Assembly: GCA_964559755.1 (NCBI GenBank)
Contig: CAZLHP010000003.1
Location: forward strand, 10,465 to 74,464
Direction of reading: 5' to 3'
Length of the DNA: 64,000 nt
From: an uncultured Candidatus Saccharibacteria bacterium
Lineage (GTDB): Bacteria; Patescibacteriota; Minisyncoccia; Phycocordibacterales; UBA6065
Part shown: one piece after another, positions 47,490 through 56,177 of the stretch
Layout: each line of letters starts with the position of its first letter
How positions within the stretch are numbered: position 1 is the stretch's first letter
Made by a program: the position numbers and the translations under genes
The notes under the pieces: model-generated
What the model was told of the DNA's origin: nothing
What the model saw: only the letters and a program-made list of their open reading frames with translations
Databases searched by the model: none

Positions 47490-48132
47490 GTGTTAAATTC
47501 TTTTTAAAAGAAACTAACATCTGAACTCGTACTAATTTAAAGAACTTTCTGTTTCGCTCTTTTGAGCTCATCAGTCGGAATACACATTCCGAGACAGAGC
47601 ACCGAATTTAAAATTCGGAGGATTTTTGTGAGTTTTCTCTCAGAAGCACAACGTGCTTCACGTTCCGATTTAAAGCAATCTGGATAGCGTGCCATTCAAT
47701 CGGAATGGTGGCGGATTAGGTTCTGTTGCCAAGTGAATCACACTCCGCGTGCTGTATTTCTACAGGCGCAGGCAATTCGCTCCTTAGCGAACCGGGATCA
47801 CTTGGAAAAGCTCCACAGTGCAATCTGGTTGAACCAGATACACGTAGATAGCCTCCGAAGTGACCCGCCGGATGTACCGGGCCATGTTGTGAAGTAGAAA
47901 AACATTTAGCTTTTCTTTTATTTCACTTTCACCCTCACAACTAAATTCAAAGATCATTCCTCTGCATTTATATGGGCTTGGAACCATTTCTCTGTTTAAG
48001 AGAAGCTGCATTACTAATACCTGTTGACCACCACAGGTGAGGAGTGTTCTTTACGTAAAACACATAAAACGTTTTTGCCTCTTTTTACAGAACCGGACTT
48101 TGTTCGAACCTTTTTATAGGTGTTAATACCCC

Positions 48133-48477
48133 TCACGAGACAGACCAGAGGCTAAATACAAATTTCGCCCCTGCCACCTCCTCAGTGGTGTACTCGTGCC
48201 GATTTTCCAACCGGGGAAGGCCGGTAACGCCCATGACCAGCAGACGGTCACCGGGCGCGAGCGCCACGCTCGGAGCCTTACTGGGAATCTCGACTTTGAG
48301 CCCAAAGCGTTGCTCCATCACATCGATGGAGGCCTTATGGCTGGGGTTGAGACAACTAACGACGCCGTCCTCCATGACGTCTCGTGCCTGATCGACCGTA
48401 AGGTCGAGTTTGGCAATCGTGACGTTTCCGGGGAACATCGAGGGCGCTAGGCCGAAGCCGAAGTAGATCTTATTCAT
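48133..48477 (-). CDS. DUF1874-family protein (AcrIII-1 / Crn2-like cyclic tetra-adenylate ring nuclease homolog), markedly GC-rich relative to its surroundings
   Basis: 114 aa; MNKIYFGFGLAPSMF...VTIAKLD...VSCLNPSHKASI...LPRLENRH...KFVF aligns, from memory, with SIRV1 gp29 / STIV B116, including the catalytic His (..SH..) and Glu (..RLE..) positions; GC about 55-60% by eye against roughly 40% background. Confidence 0.55.
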   Translation of the reverse strand: MNKIYFGFGLAPSMFPGNVTIAKLDLTVDQARDVMEDGVVSCLNPSHKASIDVMEQRFGLKVEIPSKAPSVALAPGDRLLVMGVTGLPRLENRHEYTTEEVAGAKFVFSLWSVS

Positions 48478-48685
48478 GGTATCTATTTTCCTGTACTGGT
48501 GTATTGTTTGGGCACACCTGGTTAAAACCCGTTACTGTGCGAAATTCAACGAACTGTTACTTTGTAATTATAGCATAGTGAACAGAATTGTCAATATATT
48601 TACTTTAAAATACTCCCATGATTTACTTATATGTAAGCGTTTTAATGAAAATGGCTCTATTTAATAATTAATCTGTCACAAAGTT

Positions 48686-49456
48686 ATGACAAAAATAGAT
48701 GATAAGGTGTTAATCGACTCTGGGTTAACCAAAGAGCAAGCAAAAATTTACCTGTATCTTTTGGATGCCGGACTATCGAACGCCAAGGTAATTGCTCAAA
48801 AAACAAAGGTGGGAAGGGCACTAACATACAAAGTTATTGAACAATTGATAGAGATGGGTCTAATAGAGAAACGGGAAGACATTGCGAAAGTGGCTTTGTT
48901 TAAAGCCAGCCATCCATCTGCCATAAAAAACATTTTAGAAAAAAACAAACAAGTGGTTGATTTTGCAAATGAAAGTTTTAGCAAGTCATATGGCATGCTT
49001 TGTTCGCAATTCAATATTTTAAACGGGAAACCTCATGTAAAGTTTTTGGAAGGACTAGATGGTTTGCAAGAAATGTATAACGACATCCTTGATGAAGGTC
49101 AGGACATAAAACTTTTTCGTTCCTTTCTCGATCACAAAGATGAGCAGGTGACGAAAATATTACGTGAGCACATGAAGAAACAGGCGACAAAAGGAATACG
49201 AGTTAAAATGATCGGTCCACACAGAAATGATGTGACTCTTGAAGAGTTGAAAAAGAAAGACATCGAGCGTTTGGTTACAAGAAAAACGATTCATGAGGGC
49301 TTTCTTATTCCTTCACAGGTAATCGTTTATGGTAATAAAGTTTCGATAACTGATTTTAAAAATTTAATAATAACAATCATTGAAAATGAATGCGTAAAGG
49401 ATTCTTTTGAAAGAATGTTCGATTATACATTTGATAACCTAAAGGATACTTATTAA
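48686..49456 (+). CDS. TrmB-family transcriptional regulator
   Basis: N-terminal TrmB-type wHTH LTKEQAKIYLYLLDAGLSNAKVIAQKTKVGRALTYKVIEQLIEMGLIEK plus a C-terminal effector-like domain. Confidence 0.55.
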   Translation: MTKIDDKVLIDSGLTKEQAKIYLYLLDAGLSNAKVIAQKTKVGRALTYKVIEQLIEMGLIEKREDIAKVALFKASHPSAIKNILEKNKQVVDFANESFSKSYGMLCSQFNILNGKPHVKFLEGLDGLQEMYNDILDEGQDIKLFRSFLDHKDEQVTKILREHMKKQATKGIRVKMIGPHRNDVTLEELKKKDIERLVTRKTIHEGFLIPSQVIVYGNKVSITDFKNLIITIIENECVKDSFERMFDYTFDNLKDTY

Positions 49457-49469
49457 TCTGTTTGCTGGA

Positions 49470-49526
49470 ACAGTTTGCTTTAGGTGTTTAAAAAACCACG
49501 CTACTGGAGCGTGGTTTTCTCTAGCT
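49470..49526 (+). repeat. Right copy of the 57 bp direct repeat (see 46182-46238)
   Basis: Identical 57-mer, immediately after the trmB-like stop. Confidence 0.8.
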
Positions 49527-49939
49527 CCAGCTTGAGAAGGAGTTGGAGTTGTTCGTTTGGTTTTTCTTCGTGCGTGTTGTGGCAATGACAGGTGCATCTC
49601 CAGCCACCGTATACACCCGGGGGAGAACTTTGACCAATTGCGCAGAGCGAGTGGTCACCTTTTTCACATTCAGGAGTGATTCGTAGGAATACCATAGTTA
49701 GGGGAGCATTCTTTCCTAAGGGTACTTGAGGCGGAGAGGAAGTCAACGGAGAGGGAGGGGTAGCTGGATATCGATCGTTACGGGGTCAGAATCAGTGTTG
49801 GAATCTCCCGCGCCTCTCAACTCGCCGTCGCTCGTTTCGGGCTGGGCACCAGCTCGCATGATTTTTTACTAAAAATCATTGGCTCCGCTGTTCGATTCCA
49901 AACGCGAGCAAAATTGTTTGCTCGCTCTAGCCACACAAA

Positions 49940-49966
49940 AACCGCCCGAAGGCGGTTTGTTTTTTG
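49940..49966 (-). terminator. Terminator downstream of the minus-strand tRNA-Lys
   Basis: aaaccgcc-ttcg-ggcggttt followed by a T-run on the minus strand. Confidence 0.6.
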
Positions 49967-50039
49967 TGCGGCTAGTTGGAATCGAACCAACGACCCTCTG
50001 CTTAAAAGGCAGGTGCTCTACCGACTGAGCTATAGCCGC
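49967..50039 (-). tRNA. tRNA-Lys(TTT)
   Basis: Reverse complement GCGGCTATAGCTCAGTCGGTAGAGCACCTGCCTTTTAAGCAGAGGGTCGTTGGTTCGATTCCAACTAGCCGCA; anticodon loop CTTTTAA. Confidence 0.8.
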
Positions 50040-50135
50040 ATTTCGCTTGTTTATAACCTGATTATTCAACAAATTGCGATGGAATCGATAATACCACGAA
50101 ATTGCCAAATGACAATTTCTCGCTAGTATTGTCTC

Positions 50136-50615
50136 ATGTCTTCATCTTTTCAAAAATGTATTCTCCTGCACAACATTCGTTCGGTCTACAATGTAGGTGC
50201 GATATTCCGTACAGCTGATGCTCTAGGCGTCTCAAAAATATATCTTTCTGGGTATACGCCAACGCCCTTGGATAGGTTTGGTGTTCCGCGAAATGATTTT
50301 GCAAAATCAGCCCTCGGTGCTGAGAAAAGTGTTCCATGGGTTTTTGTAAAAAGCCCTAGCGCGCTTCTCAAAACCCTTTCGAAAGAAGGCTTTTCTATTT
50401 GTGCTGTAGAGCAGGACACTCGTTCTATTGATTACAAAAAAGCCCCACGCAAAAATAAAATGATTGTTTTGTTTGGTAATGAGGTGCGCGGGCTTTCTCC
50501 AACACTTCTCTCAAAGGCGGATGTGGTTATAGAAATACCGATGCGCGGTACAAAAGAGTCGCTCAATGTTTCTGTTTCGGCAGGTATCGTACTTTTTAAA
50601 CTTTTTGATAGGTAA
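50136..50615 (+). CDS. SpoU/TrmH-family RNA 2'-O-methyltransferase
   Basis: SPOUT motifs LFGNEVRGLS and IPMRGTKESLNVSVSAGIVLF. Confidence 0.75.
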   Translation: MSSSFQKCILLHNIRSVYNVGAIFRTADALGVSKIYLSGYTPTPLDRFGVPRNDFAKSALGAEKSVPWVFVKSPSALLKTLSKEGFSICAVEQDTRSIDYKKAPRKNKMIVLFGNEVRGLSPTLLSKADVVIEIPMRGTKESLNVSVSAGIVLFKLFDR

Positions 50616-50627
50616 GCTTCGTATTTC

Positions 50628-51578
50628 CTAATACGTTATTGCATCAAGTACTGTATTTTTACTATCAAGTATTTTTATGATCTCTCTTTTTTCTTTCCAG
50701 AGTTCGGTTGCGTTGCTCAAAAATAGCCTCCATTCATTACGAAAGAAACTTGTATCGTTTTTGTGAGATGCAACGCATCCATTGTAGTTGAGTGTGGTTT
50801 GTACAAAAGCGCTACATTCTTTTGAGAGGGTTGAGGGTATATTTTTTGTATAAATAGAACAGCGAGGTATTTTTTTTACAAAATCGGTACATGCTTCTTC
50901 ATCAATTCCTGAAGCCTTGAGTTCGTCGAGGGGTTCCGGACATTCTTGTCGTAGTTCAGGTGTGTATGTTTGGAATTGACCGAGGTATCCACTACAGATG
51001 TTTACCTTGAAGGACTCTCCAATAGGGGATCTGCCTGTACTGACAAAGGCACGCTCACCTGGAACAAGAGATATTTTTTCATTTTTTGATGCAGAGCCGA
51101 GAATGGGCAGTGACACTCCTTGAGGAATGACAATTTCTTTGTTGGTGACTGTGCTTTTGATTTTAATTCCTGTGAGTGTAAACGATCCCGTGTTTTTTGT
51201 GCTCGCGACAATACGAAGATACTCTTTTTGAGGGTCAGACAATTGCGCTCCACTGAAGCCGTCAATCACGAGAGGTCTGAGCGAGAGAGGGGATTTGTGT
51301 ATGAGTTCGGCCTCTTTTATTTTTTCTGCAAAAGCAGAAATATCCTCCTCAATAGTGTCGAGGTTTATCGCGTTTTTTGGGAGTCTTAATTCTGTTTTTC
51401 CGTTGTTATAAAGTGAGTTGATGTAGCCACCGCCGTATGCTTGCCCAGAGTCGATAGGGGCAAGTGGTCTTAGGAAAACTCCTTGTCGTGCTATTTCACG
51501 TTCTGGTCCTCCAGTCAAAAACCACGCAACTCCAAGTCCTACAAAAGCCCATATAAGCCATTTAGCAGTATCATCCAT
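50628..51578 (-). CDS. Secreted hypothetical protein with a Cys-rich C-terminal part
   Basis: ORF with a signal/TM N-terminus WLIWAFVGLGVAWFL. Confidence 0.45.
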   Translation of the reverse strand: MDDTAKWLIWAFVGLGVAWFLTGGPEREIARQGVFLRPLAPIDSGQAYGGGYINSLYNNGKTELRLPKNAINLDTIEEDISAFAEKIKEAELIHKSPLSLRPLVIDGFSGAQLSDPQKEYLRIVASTKNTGSFTLTGIKIKSTVTNKEIVIPQGVSLPILGSASKNEKISLVPGERAFVSTGRSPIGESFKVNICSGYLGQFQTYTPELRQECPEPLDELKASGIDEEACTDFVKKIPRCSIYTKNIPSTLSKECSAFVQTTLNYNGCVASHKNDTSFFRNEWRLFLSNATELWKEKREIIKILDSKNTVLDAITY

Positions 51579-51622
51579 ACTCGTTATGATAAAACAGAAT
51601 TACATAACAGGGAACTAGTGGT

Positions 51623-52549
51623 TTAGGCTCTCGTCTGGTGTATTGGGCAAAAATGAGCGCTCCTTCCTCCGATTTTTATTTTTGTGAGTATTCCTGTACA
51701 CCCACGTTTACTGCAGGGGAGGCCATCTTTTTGATATGCTTTGTGCTTTTTTTGAAAGGTACCACGCTCGCCAAAAATATTTCGGTAGTCAGACATGGAA
51801 TCTCCCCCTAGGTCTATGCCTGTACGAAGTAGTGTACGCATAGCCTTAAACATTTTTTGTAGAGTTTTTTCTGAGAGCGTATTTGTTTTGGTGAGGGGGT
51901 GAGTGTCGACTAACCAGAGTATTTCGTCAGAATAGATATTCCCAACGCCTGCAACAACAGTATGATCCATAAGCACTGTTTTTACAGGTTTGTTTTTTCC
52001 CAGAGTCAGACGTTCTTTGAATACTTTCTCGGTAAAATTTTTGTCGAGGGGTTCTGGGCCACTTGTAGAGAGGTGAGGAGAAGAGGCAAGGTTTCGTGTG
52101 GGGATGAGGGTCACTTTTGCAAATTTTCTCATGTCAGATAAGACAAGGTGATGACCGTTTGAAAGACAAAGCACGAGACGCACATGTCTATTAAAAGGAT
52201 CAGCAAGTGCGATATTGTCTACAGCACTCCACACTCCTTTGTTGTTTTTATATTTTCCATAGAGGAGATGTCCCGTCATTTTCATATGCACGAGAATGGT
52301 TTGCTCAGATGGTTTTCCCTGAGGGAGGGAGAGGTGAATGAGTACATTTTTTGCCCGTCTTGTTGCGTGTAGTATCCGCGCCCCACGAATTGTTTTTTTG
52401 AACAGAGAAAAGTAAGAAGGGTTTTTTATAGTACCCTCGTGCATTTTTAGTGGACTCGCGTAGTTTGTCCACACGTCAGTAATGATGAGATTTTTTACGG
52501 TGGCGTTTACTCCATCGACCGTTGTTTGTACTTCGGGCAGTTCTGGCAT
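51623..52549 (-). CDS. mutM: Formamidopyrimidine-DNA glycosylase (Fpg/MutM/Nei family)
   Basis: N-terminal MPELPEV, H2TH region and a C-terminal zinc finger. Confidence 0.85.
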   Translation of the reverse strand: MPELPEVQTTVDGVNATVKNLIITDVWTNYASPLKMHEGTIKNPSYFSLFKKTIRGARILHATRRAKNVLIHLSLPQGKPSEQTILVHMKMTGHLLYGKYKNNKGVWSAVDNIALADPFNRHVRLVLCLSNGHHLVLSDMRKFAKVTLIPTRNLASSPHLSTSGPEPLDKNFTEKVFKERLTLGKNKPVKTVLMDHTVVAGVGNIYSDEILWLVDTHPLTKTNTLSEKTLQKMFKAMRTLLRTGIDLGGDSMSDYRNIFGERGTFQKKHKAYQKDGLPCSKRGCTGILTKIKIGGRSAHFCPIHQTRA

Positions 52550-52624
52550 ACCCTACAAACTACGTTTGTTATTTTGTATTGTCAAAAAAACACCCTTCCG
52601 ATTGTATCGGAAGGGTGAATATTA

Positions 52625-53122
52625 TTACGTAACAATAATGAAGTCTTTTGTTTGCAGGAATACCGTCCCTGTAAAATCAGTGTTTCGAAACTGATTTACG
52701 AGTAGGTGTGAAAGGGCGAGTTCAACACCTTTTGAATCGATAACGATTCCTCCCAAGTCTTTTTTTACTGGAATGATTACCCAGCCACTGAAAGGTGAAA
52801 GCCCCATGAATTCTTTGTATCGCTGATCTGCTGTAGGGTTCTTTTGAACCACACAGAGAAACTCAGTCCATGCGAGCCTGTCTTTCTCGACGAGTTTCTT
52901 GATGAACTCTTGCTCCGCTTTTTCACAGTCCTCTTCTGAGGCATGATCAAGCATAGCGTCGAGTTTTGGTGGTAGGAGGGGTAGGGAGGGCAATCCCTTT
53001 GCTCCCTGAGGGTTTTTGAGGTACTCGATGAAATCATCGAGACTCCTGAGAAGGAGTGCCCATTCAAACTCAGAACAAATCGTTTTCATAGATAGTATTT
53101 GAGGTTTCTGTTCCTCTATCAC
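52625..53122 (-). CDS. Hypothetical protein (165 aa)
   Basis: ORF only. Confidence 0.4.
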   Translation of the reverse strand: MIEEQKPQILSMKTICSEFEWALLLRSLDDFIEYLKNPQGAKGLPSLPLLPPKLDAMLDHASEEDCEKAEQEFIKKLVEKDRLAWTEFLCVVQKNPTADQRYKEFMGLSPFSGWVIIPVKKDLGGIVIDSKGVELALSHLLVNQFRNTDFTGTVFLQTKDFIIVT

Positions 53123-53137
53123 AATACTATATTACTA

Positions 53138-54403
53138 TCACTTTGTCAATTTCTTGTGTAATTCCTCTTTGGCCACGAGCGCGTCGCTCCAAGGGGTTTT
53201 TGTGCCGTTAGGCCCCATGATGTAGGGGTCAGTGCCTTTGCCGGTGATGAGTACAGAATCTCCTGTGTTGGCCAAAGAGAGAGCGTGCGCTATTGCTTCG
53301 CGCCTATCCATGATAATGGTTGGTTTTTTGCTCATCTCTTGTGCCATGTCGCGCACTATTTTTTCAGGGATATCGTCATAGGGGTCTTCATTAGTAAGAA
53401 TTATTTCATCACATTCTTTTTCTGCGATATGTGCCATCTCATTTCTTTTCCACACATCTCGTCCTCCACCTGTGTTTCCTAGCACACAAATACGGCGAGT
53501 GTTTTGAAATACGTCGTAGAGTTTTTGGAGAGAGTCTGGCGTGTGCGCATAGTCCACAATGACAGTGAAGTCTTGTCCTTCTTCAATTCTCTCTACACGT
53601 CCGCGTATGCCAGAGAATTTTTCCAGAGCTTTTTTAATGGTTTCGATAGAGATCAACTGTGTTTGTGCGTACGTGATTGCTCCTAGGCAGTTGTATATAT
53701 TAAACACACCAGAGAGGGGTGAGGTTATAGGTGTGTCTCGAACAGTCATTGTGAATCCTTGTTTCTGGAGAGTGTAAGGTTCTGCTTGGGAGAGGGAGTA
53801 AGTGTGTTTTTCTGGAACACGAAGAGAGAGAAATCGGTGCGCTTCTTTGTCGTCCTTATTTATAATGAGAGATCTTTTTTCTTTGCGTGATATTTCAACT
53901 TGTTTTGCGATTGCTACTTTTGCTGCCACATAGTTTTCGTACGAACCATGAGATTCAATATGTTCTGGTGCGAGGTTTGTAAAGATGAGTGAGTCGAGCT
54001 GTATGTGTTTGTGCCGATAGAGTTCTGCGCCCTGAGAAGTCATTTCTAGTATTGCGTAGTTACAGCCAGCATTGACTGCTTTACGTAAAAAAGACTGAAC
54101 GAAAAATCGTCCCGGCATAGACATTTTGTAGAGATTATCTGTCGATTCGGCATCTATTTTAAAACGGATGGTATTTGAAACTGCTGTTTTGAAACCAGCT
54201 TCTTCTAGAATTGCATTCAGTATTTCCGTAACAGAACTTTTACCTTTTGTGCCTGTAACACCTATGACGGTTATATGGCGAGAGGGGAAGCGGTAGAGTA
54301 CTGCGCCTATGAGCGCCATTACTCTGTGGTAGGGCTTTTGAATGATTTTAAAAAGCCTTTTCGGAATGTATTTTTTTATTTTAAAAAGAATCGTGTCTAG
54401 CAT
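53138..54403 (-). CDS. Mur ligase family protein (MurE/MurF-like; ends with a TGA stop)
   Basis: P-loop VIGVTGTKGKSSVTEIL plus the Mur ligase middle and C-terminal domain pattern. Confidence 0.7.
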   Translation of the reverse strand: MLDTILFKIKKYIPKRLFKIIQKPYHRVMALIGAVLYRFPSRHITVIGVTGTKGKSSVTEILNAILEEAGFKTAVSNTIRFKIDAESTDNLYKMSMPGRFFVQSFLRKAVNAGCNYAILEMTSQGAELYRHKHIQLDSLIFTNLAPEHIESHGSYENYVAAKVAIAKQVEISRKEKRSLIINKDDKEAHRFLSLRVPEKHTYSLSQAEPYTLQKQGFTMTVRDTPITSPLSGVFNIYNCLGAITYAQTQLISIETIKKALEKFSGIRGRVERIEEGQDFTVIVDYAHTPDSLQKLYDVFQNTRRICVLGNTGGGRDVWKRNEMAHIAEKECDEIILTNEDPYDDIPEKIVRDMAQEMSKKPTIIMDRREAIAHALSLANTGDSVLITGKGTDPYIMGPNGTKTPWSDALVAKEELHKKLTK

Positions 54404-54412
54404 AAGGGCTTT

Positions 54413-54979
54413 TTATTTTCCTAGTATTTTTAGAGCTTTTTTTACACGGTCACTGGTGCTCGTGTGACTCGTATCAACTTGTTTGAGCGCCTCGCGTGCG
54501 TCTTTTTGTGTAAAACCAAGTGACTTGAGGGCCTCGATAGCATCAACCTCATCGCGGAGAGAAACTCCATCCGATTCTTCAGCGCCAAACTTTCCTTTGA
54601 GTTCCAAAACTATTTTGTCTGCAAGTTTTTTACCAACGCCAGAAACCTGCGTGAGGTGAGAAGTGTCTCCTGTTGAAACTGCCTTACGAATATTTTGAAC
54701 ACTCGATACGTTGAGTATACCGAGAGCTGTTTTTGGTCCGATGCCTGATATAGAGATGAGGAGTTCAAAAAAATCCCGTTCATCCTTGTCGATAAAACCG
54801 TAGAGGGTTTGGGAATCTTCACGTACTGCGTGGTGTGTCCACAAACTAAGGGGAGAACCTTCTTTTGCTTTGTCGACAATGCGCCCTGTCGTCCAAACGG
54901 TATAACCAACGCCTTGTATATCGAGTACAAGTGAGCGTTCGTTTGTATCAAGCACTGTTCCTGAAAGATGGGATATCAT
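54413..54979 (-). CDS. ruvA: Holliday junction DNA helicase RuvA
   Basis: MISHLSGTVLD...LDIQGVGYTV; HhH motifs. Confidence 0.85.
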   Translation of the reverse strand: MISHLSGTVLDTNERSLVLDIQGVGYTVWTTGRIVDKAKEGSPLSLWTHHAVREDSQTLYGFIDKDERDFFELLISISGIGPKTALGILNVSSVQNIRKAVSTGDTSHLTQVSGVGKKLADKIVLELKGKFGAEESDGVSLRDEVDAIEALKSLGFTQKDAREALKQVDTSHTSTSDRVKKALKILGK

Positions 54980-55104
54980 GGTTTTGATTATAGAACATAA
55001 AAGACTCTACGTAGAGCTTTGGTTACAGGTTTTTTGGTCACAAGGCGTTTTTTCCTGTAATGGGTTGCCTTTTTTGGTTCTTTCTGTTAATGTAACTGCC
55101 ACAT

Positions 55105-55368
55105 ATGCCAATAACATCAAGCGCAAAAAAAGCACTCCGTGTATCAAAACGAAAGCGTGTTTATAACGTTCGTACGAGAGATGCTATCGTAGATATCACA
55201 AAGAAAATAAAGAAGCTTGTCGCAGACAAGAATCAGAAAGAAGCAATGAAACTTCTTCCTACTGCTTACGCTATTTTTGATAAGGCAGCAAAGACAGACT
55301 TCATAAAAACTAATACTGCCGATAGAAAGAAATCTCGACTTTCAGCAATGATAAAGAAGGTTGCTTAA
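55105..55368 (+). CDS. rpsT: 30S ribosomal protein S20
   Basis: MPITSSAKKALRVSKRKRVYNVRTRDAIVDITKKIKKLVA... Confidence 0.85.
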   Translation: MPITSSAKKALRVSKRKRVYNVRTRDAIVDITKKIKKLVADKNQKEAMKLLPTAYAIFDKAAKTDFIKTNTADRKKSRLSAMIKKVA

Positions 55369-55470
55369 AAAAATCCCCGAAAGGGGATTTTTTTGACAAG
55401 GTACTTGAGGTGACGTAATGTCTGTATGGGCTTGGTTCTCAAAACAATCTAATAAAGAAAGGTCTAAATC

Positions 55471-55845
55471 ATGGCTGTTAAACAAAGCGCAGAGGATACT
55501 CCCTGTATGATCGAACAAAATATTGCAGTCGAGGGCCCTTACTTCTCATCACTTCAGGACAAGGCGCATGGTATTGAGGAGGTTCGGGATTTCTGTGTAA
55601 AATTTGGGGCGATTTTAAACGATCTCAATAAAAACATAGTTTCTCTGTGTGGAGGTGACCACTGCGCAATTGCTTCATGGTATTTGCGTTTGGCAAACCT
55701 ACACGCTCACCTGGGCTTTATTCAAAGAGAGCTTGAGCGGAGCCCGTTCATTGATTGGTACAAGGTTGCGACCTCAATGTCGACGCTCAATGTTCATCGA
55801 ACAGCAATCCTGAGTACTTTGGCACTCAACGGAGTGCAGCTCTAA
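55471..55845 (+). CDS. Hypothetical protein (124 aa)
   Basis: ORF only. Confidence 0.35.
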   Translation: MAVKQSAEDTPCMIEQNIAVEGPYFSSLQDKAHGIEEVRDFCVKFGAILNDLNKNIVSLCGGDHCAIASWYLRLANLHAHLGFIQRELERSPFIDWYKVATSMSTLNVHRTAILSTLALNGVQL

Positions 55846-55940
55846 CAAAGAAACAAAAGCGACACAACAGTGTGTCGCTTTTTTAATGGGGATGGTTTTA
55901 TTATTGTGTTCGGACACTCTTTGTTGTAACGTGTACATAC

Positions 55941-56012
55941 GCTCTCGTCGTTCAATGGATAGGACGCAAGTTTGCGGAACTTGCAATATAGGTTCGATTC
56001 CTATCGAGAGCA
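55941..56012 (+). tRNA. tRNA-Arg(GCG)
   Basis: GCTCTCG-TC-GTTCAATGGATAGGAC-G-CAAGT-TTGCGGA-ACTTG-CAAT-ATAGGTTCGATTCCTAT-CGAGAGC-A; every stem pairs. Confidence 0.75.
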
Positions 56013-56026
56013 CAAAAAAACAAAAA

Positions 56027-56046
56027 CAGCGAAGGCTGTTTTTTTT
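56027..56046 (+). terminator. Terminator after tRNA-Arg(GCG)
   Basis: cagc-gaag-gctg followed by tttttttt. Confidence 0.55.
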
Positions 56047-56159
56047 GCGCTCTCGAGAAGGCGTGGGGCGCCTTCGTATAGGAATCGAAAAGGTTCTCCC
56101 ATATTTTTGAGGATTTCCATCCGAAAAAATGGGAAACCTATACTGTCGCTGTAAGCGAA

Positions 56160-56177
56160 GATTTCCTATCGAGAGTA
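56160..56177 (+). repeat. Direct repeat of the tRNA-Arg(GCG) 3' end (att-like), about 150 nt downstream of the tRNA
   Basis: gatttcctatcgagagta matches tRNA positions 57-72 (gattcctatcgagagca) with one insertion; inverted partial copies ataggaatcgaa at 56071-56082 and 56197-56208. Confidence 0.55.

Noticed and set aside
47083-47496. 137 aa plus-strand ORF (and the 74 aa ORF at 46195-46419) sharing the peptide LCIYTDLGPFLSCERSCITLCEFYGYTRKP
   Set aside because: The shared peptide is produced by the roughly 100 nt DNA repeat. The stem-preserving substitutions in copy 3 argue for an RNA-level element, and the minus-strand membrane-protein ORF is the better coding candidate.
49501-49746. 81 aa Cys/His-rich ORF (CTCHCHNTH) on the minus strand
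   Set aside because: Its 3' end reads through the 57 bp repeat and terminator hairpin and it has no recognisable family, so it may be a chance ORF in GC-rich foreign DNA. Kept only as a note.
49869-50126. ORFs 49869-50108(-) and 49914-50126(+)
   Set aside because: They span tRNA-Lys and its terminator and are spurious.
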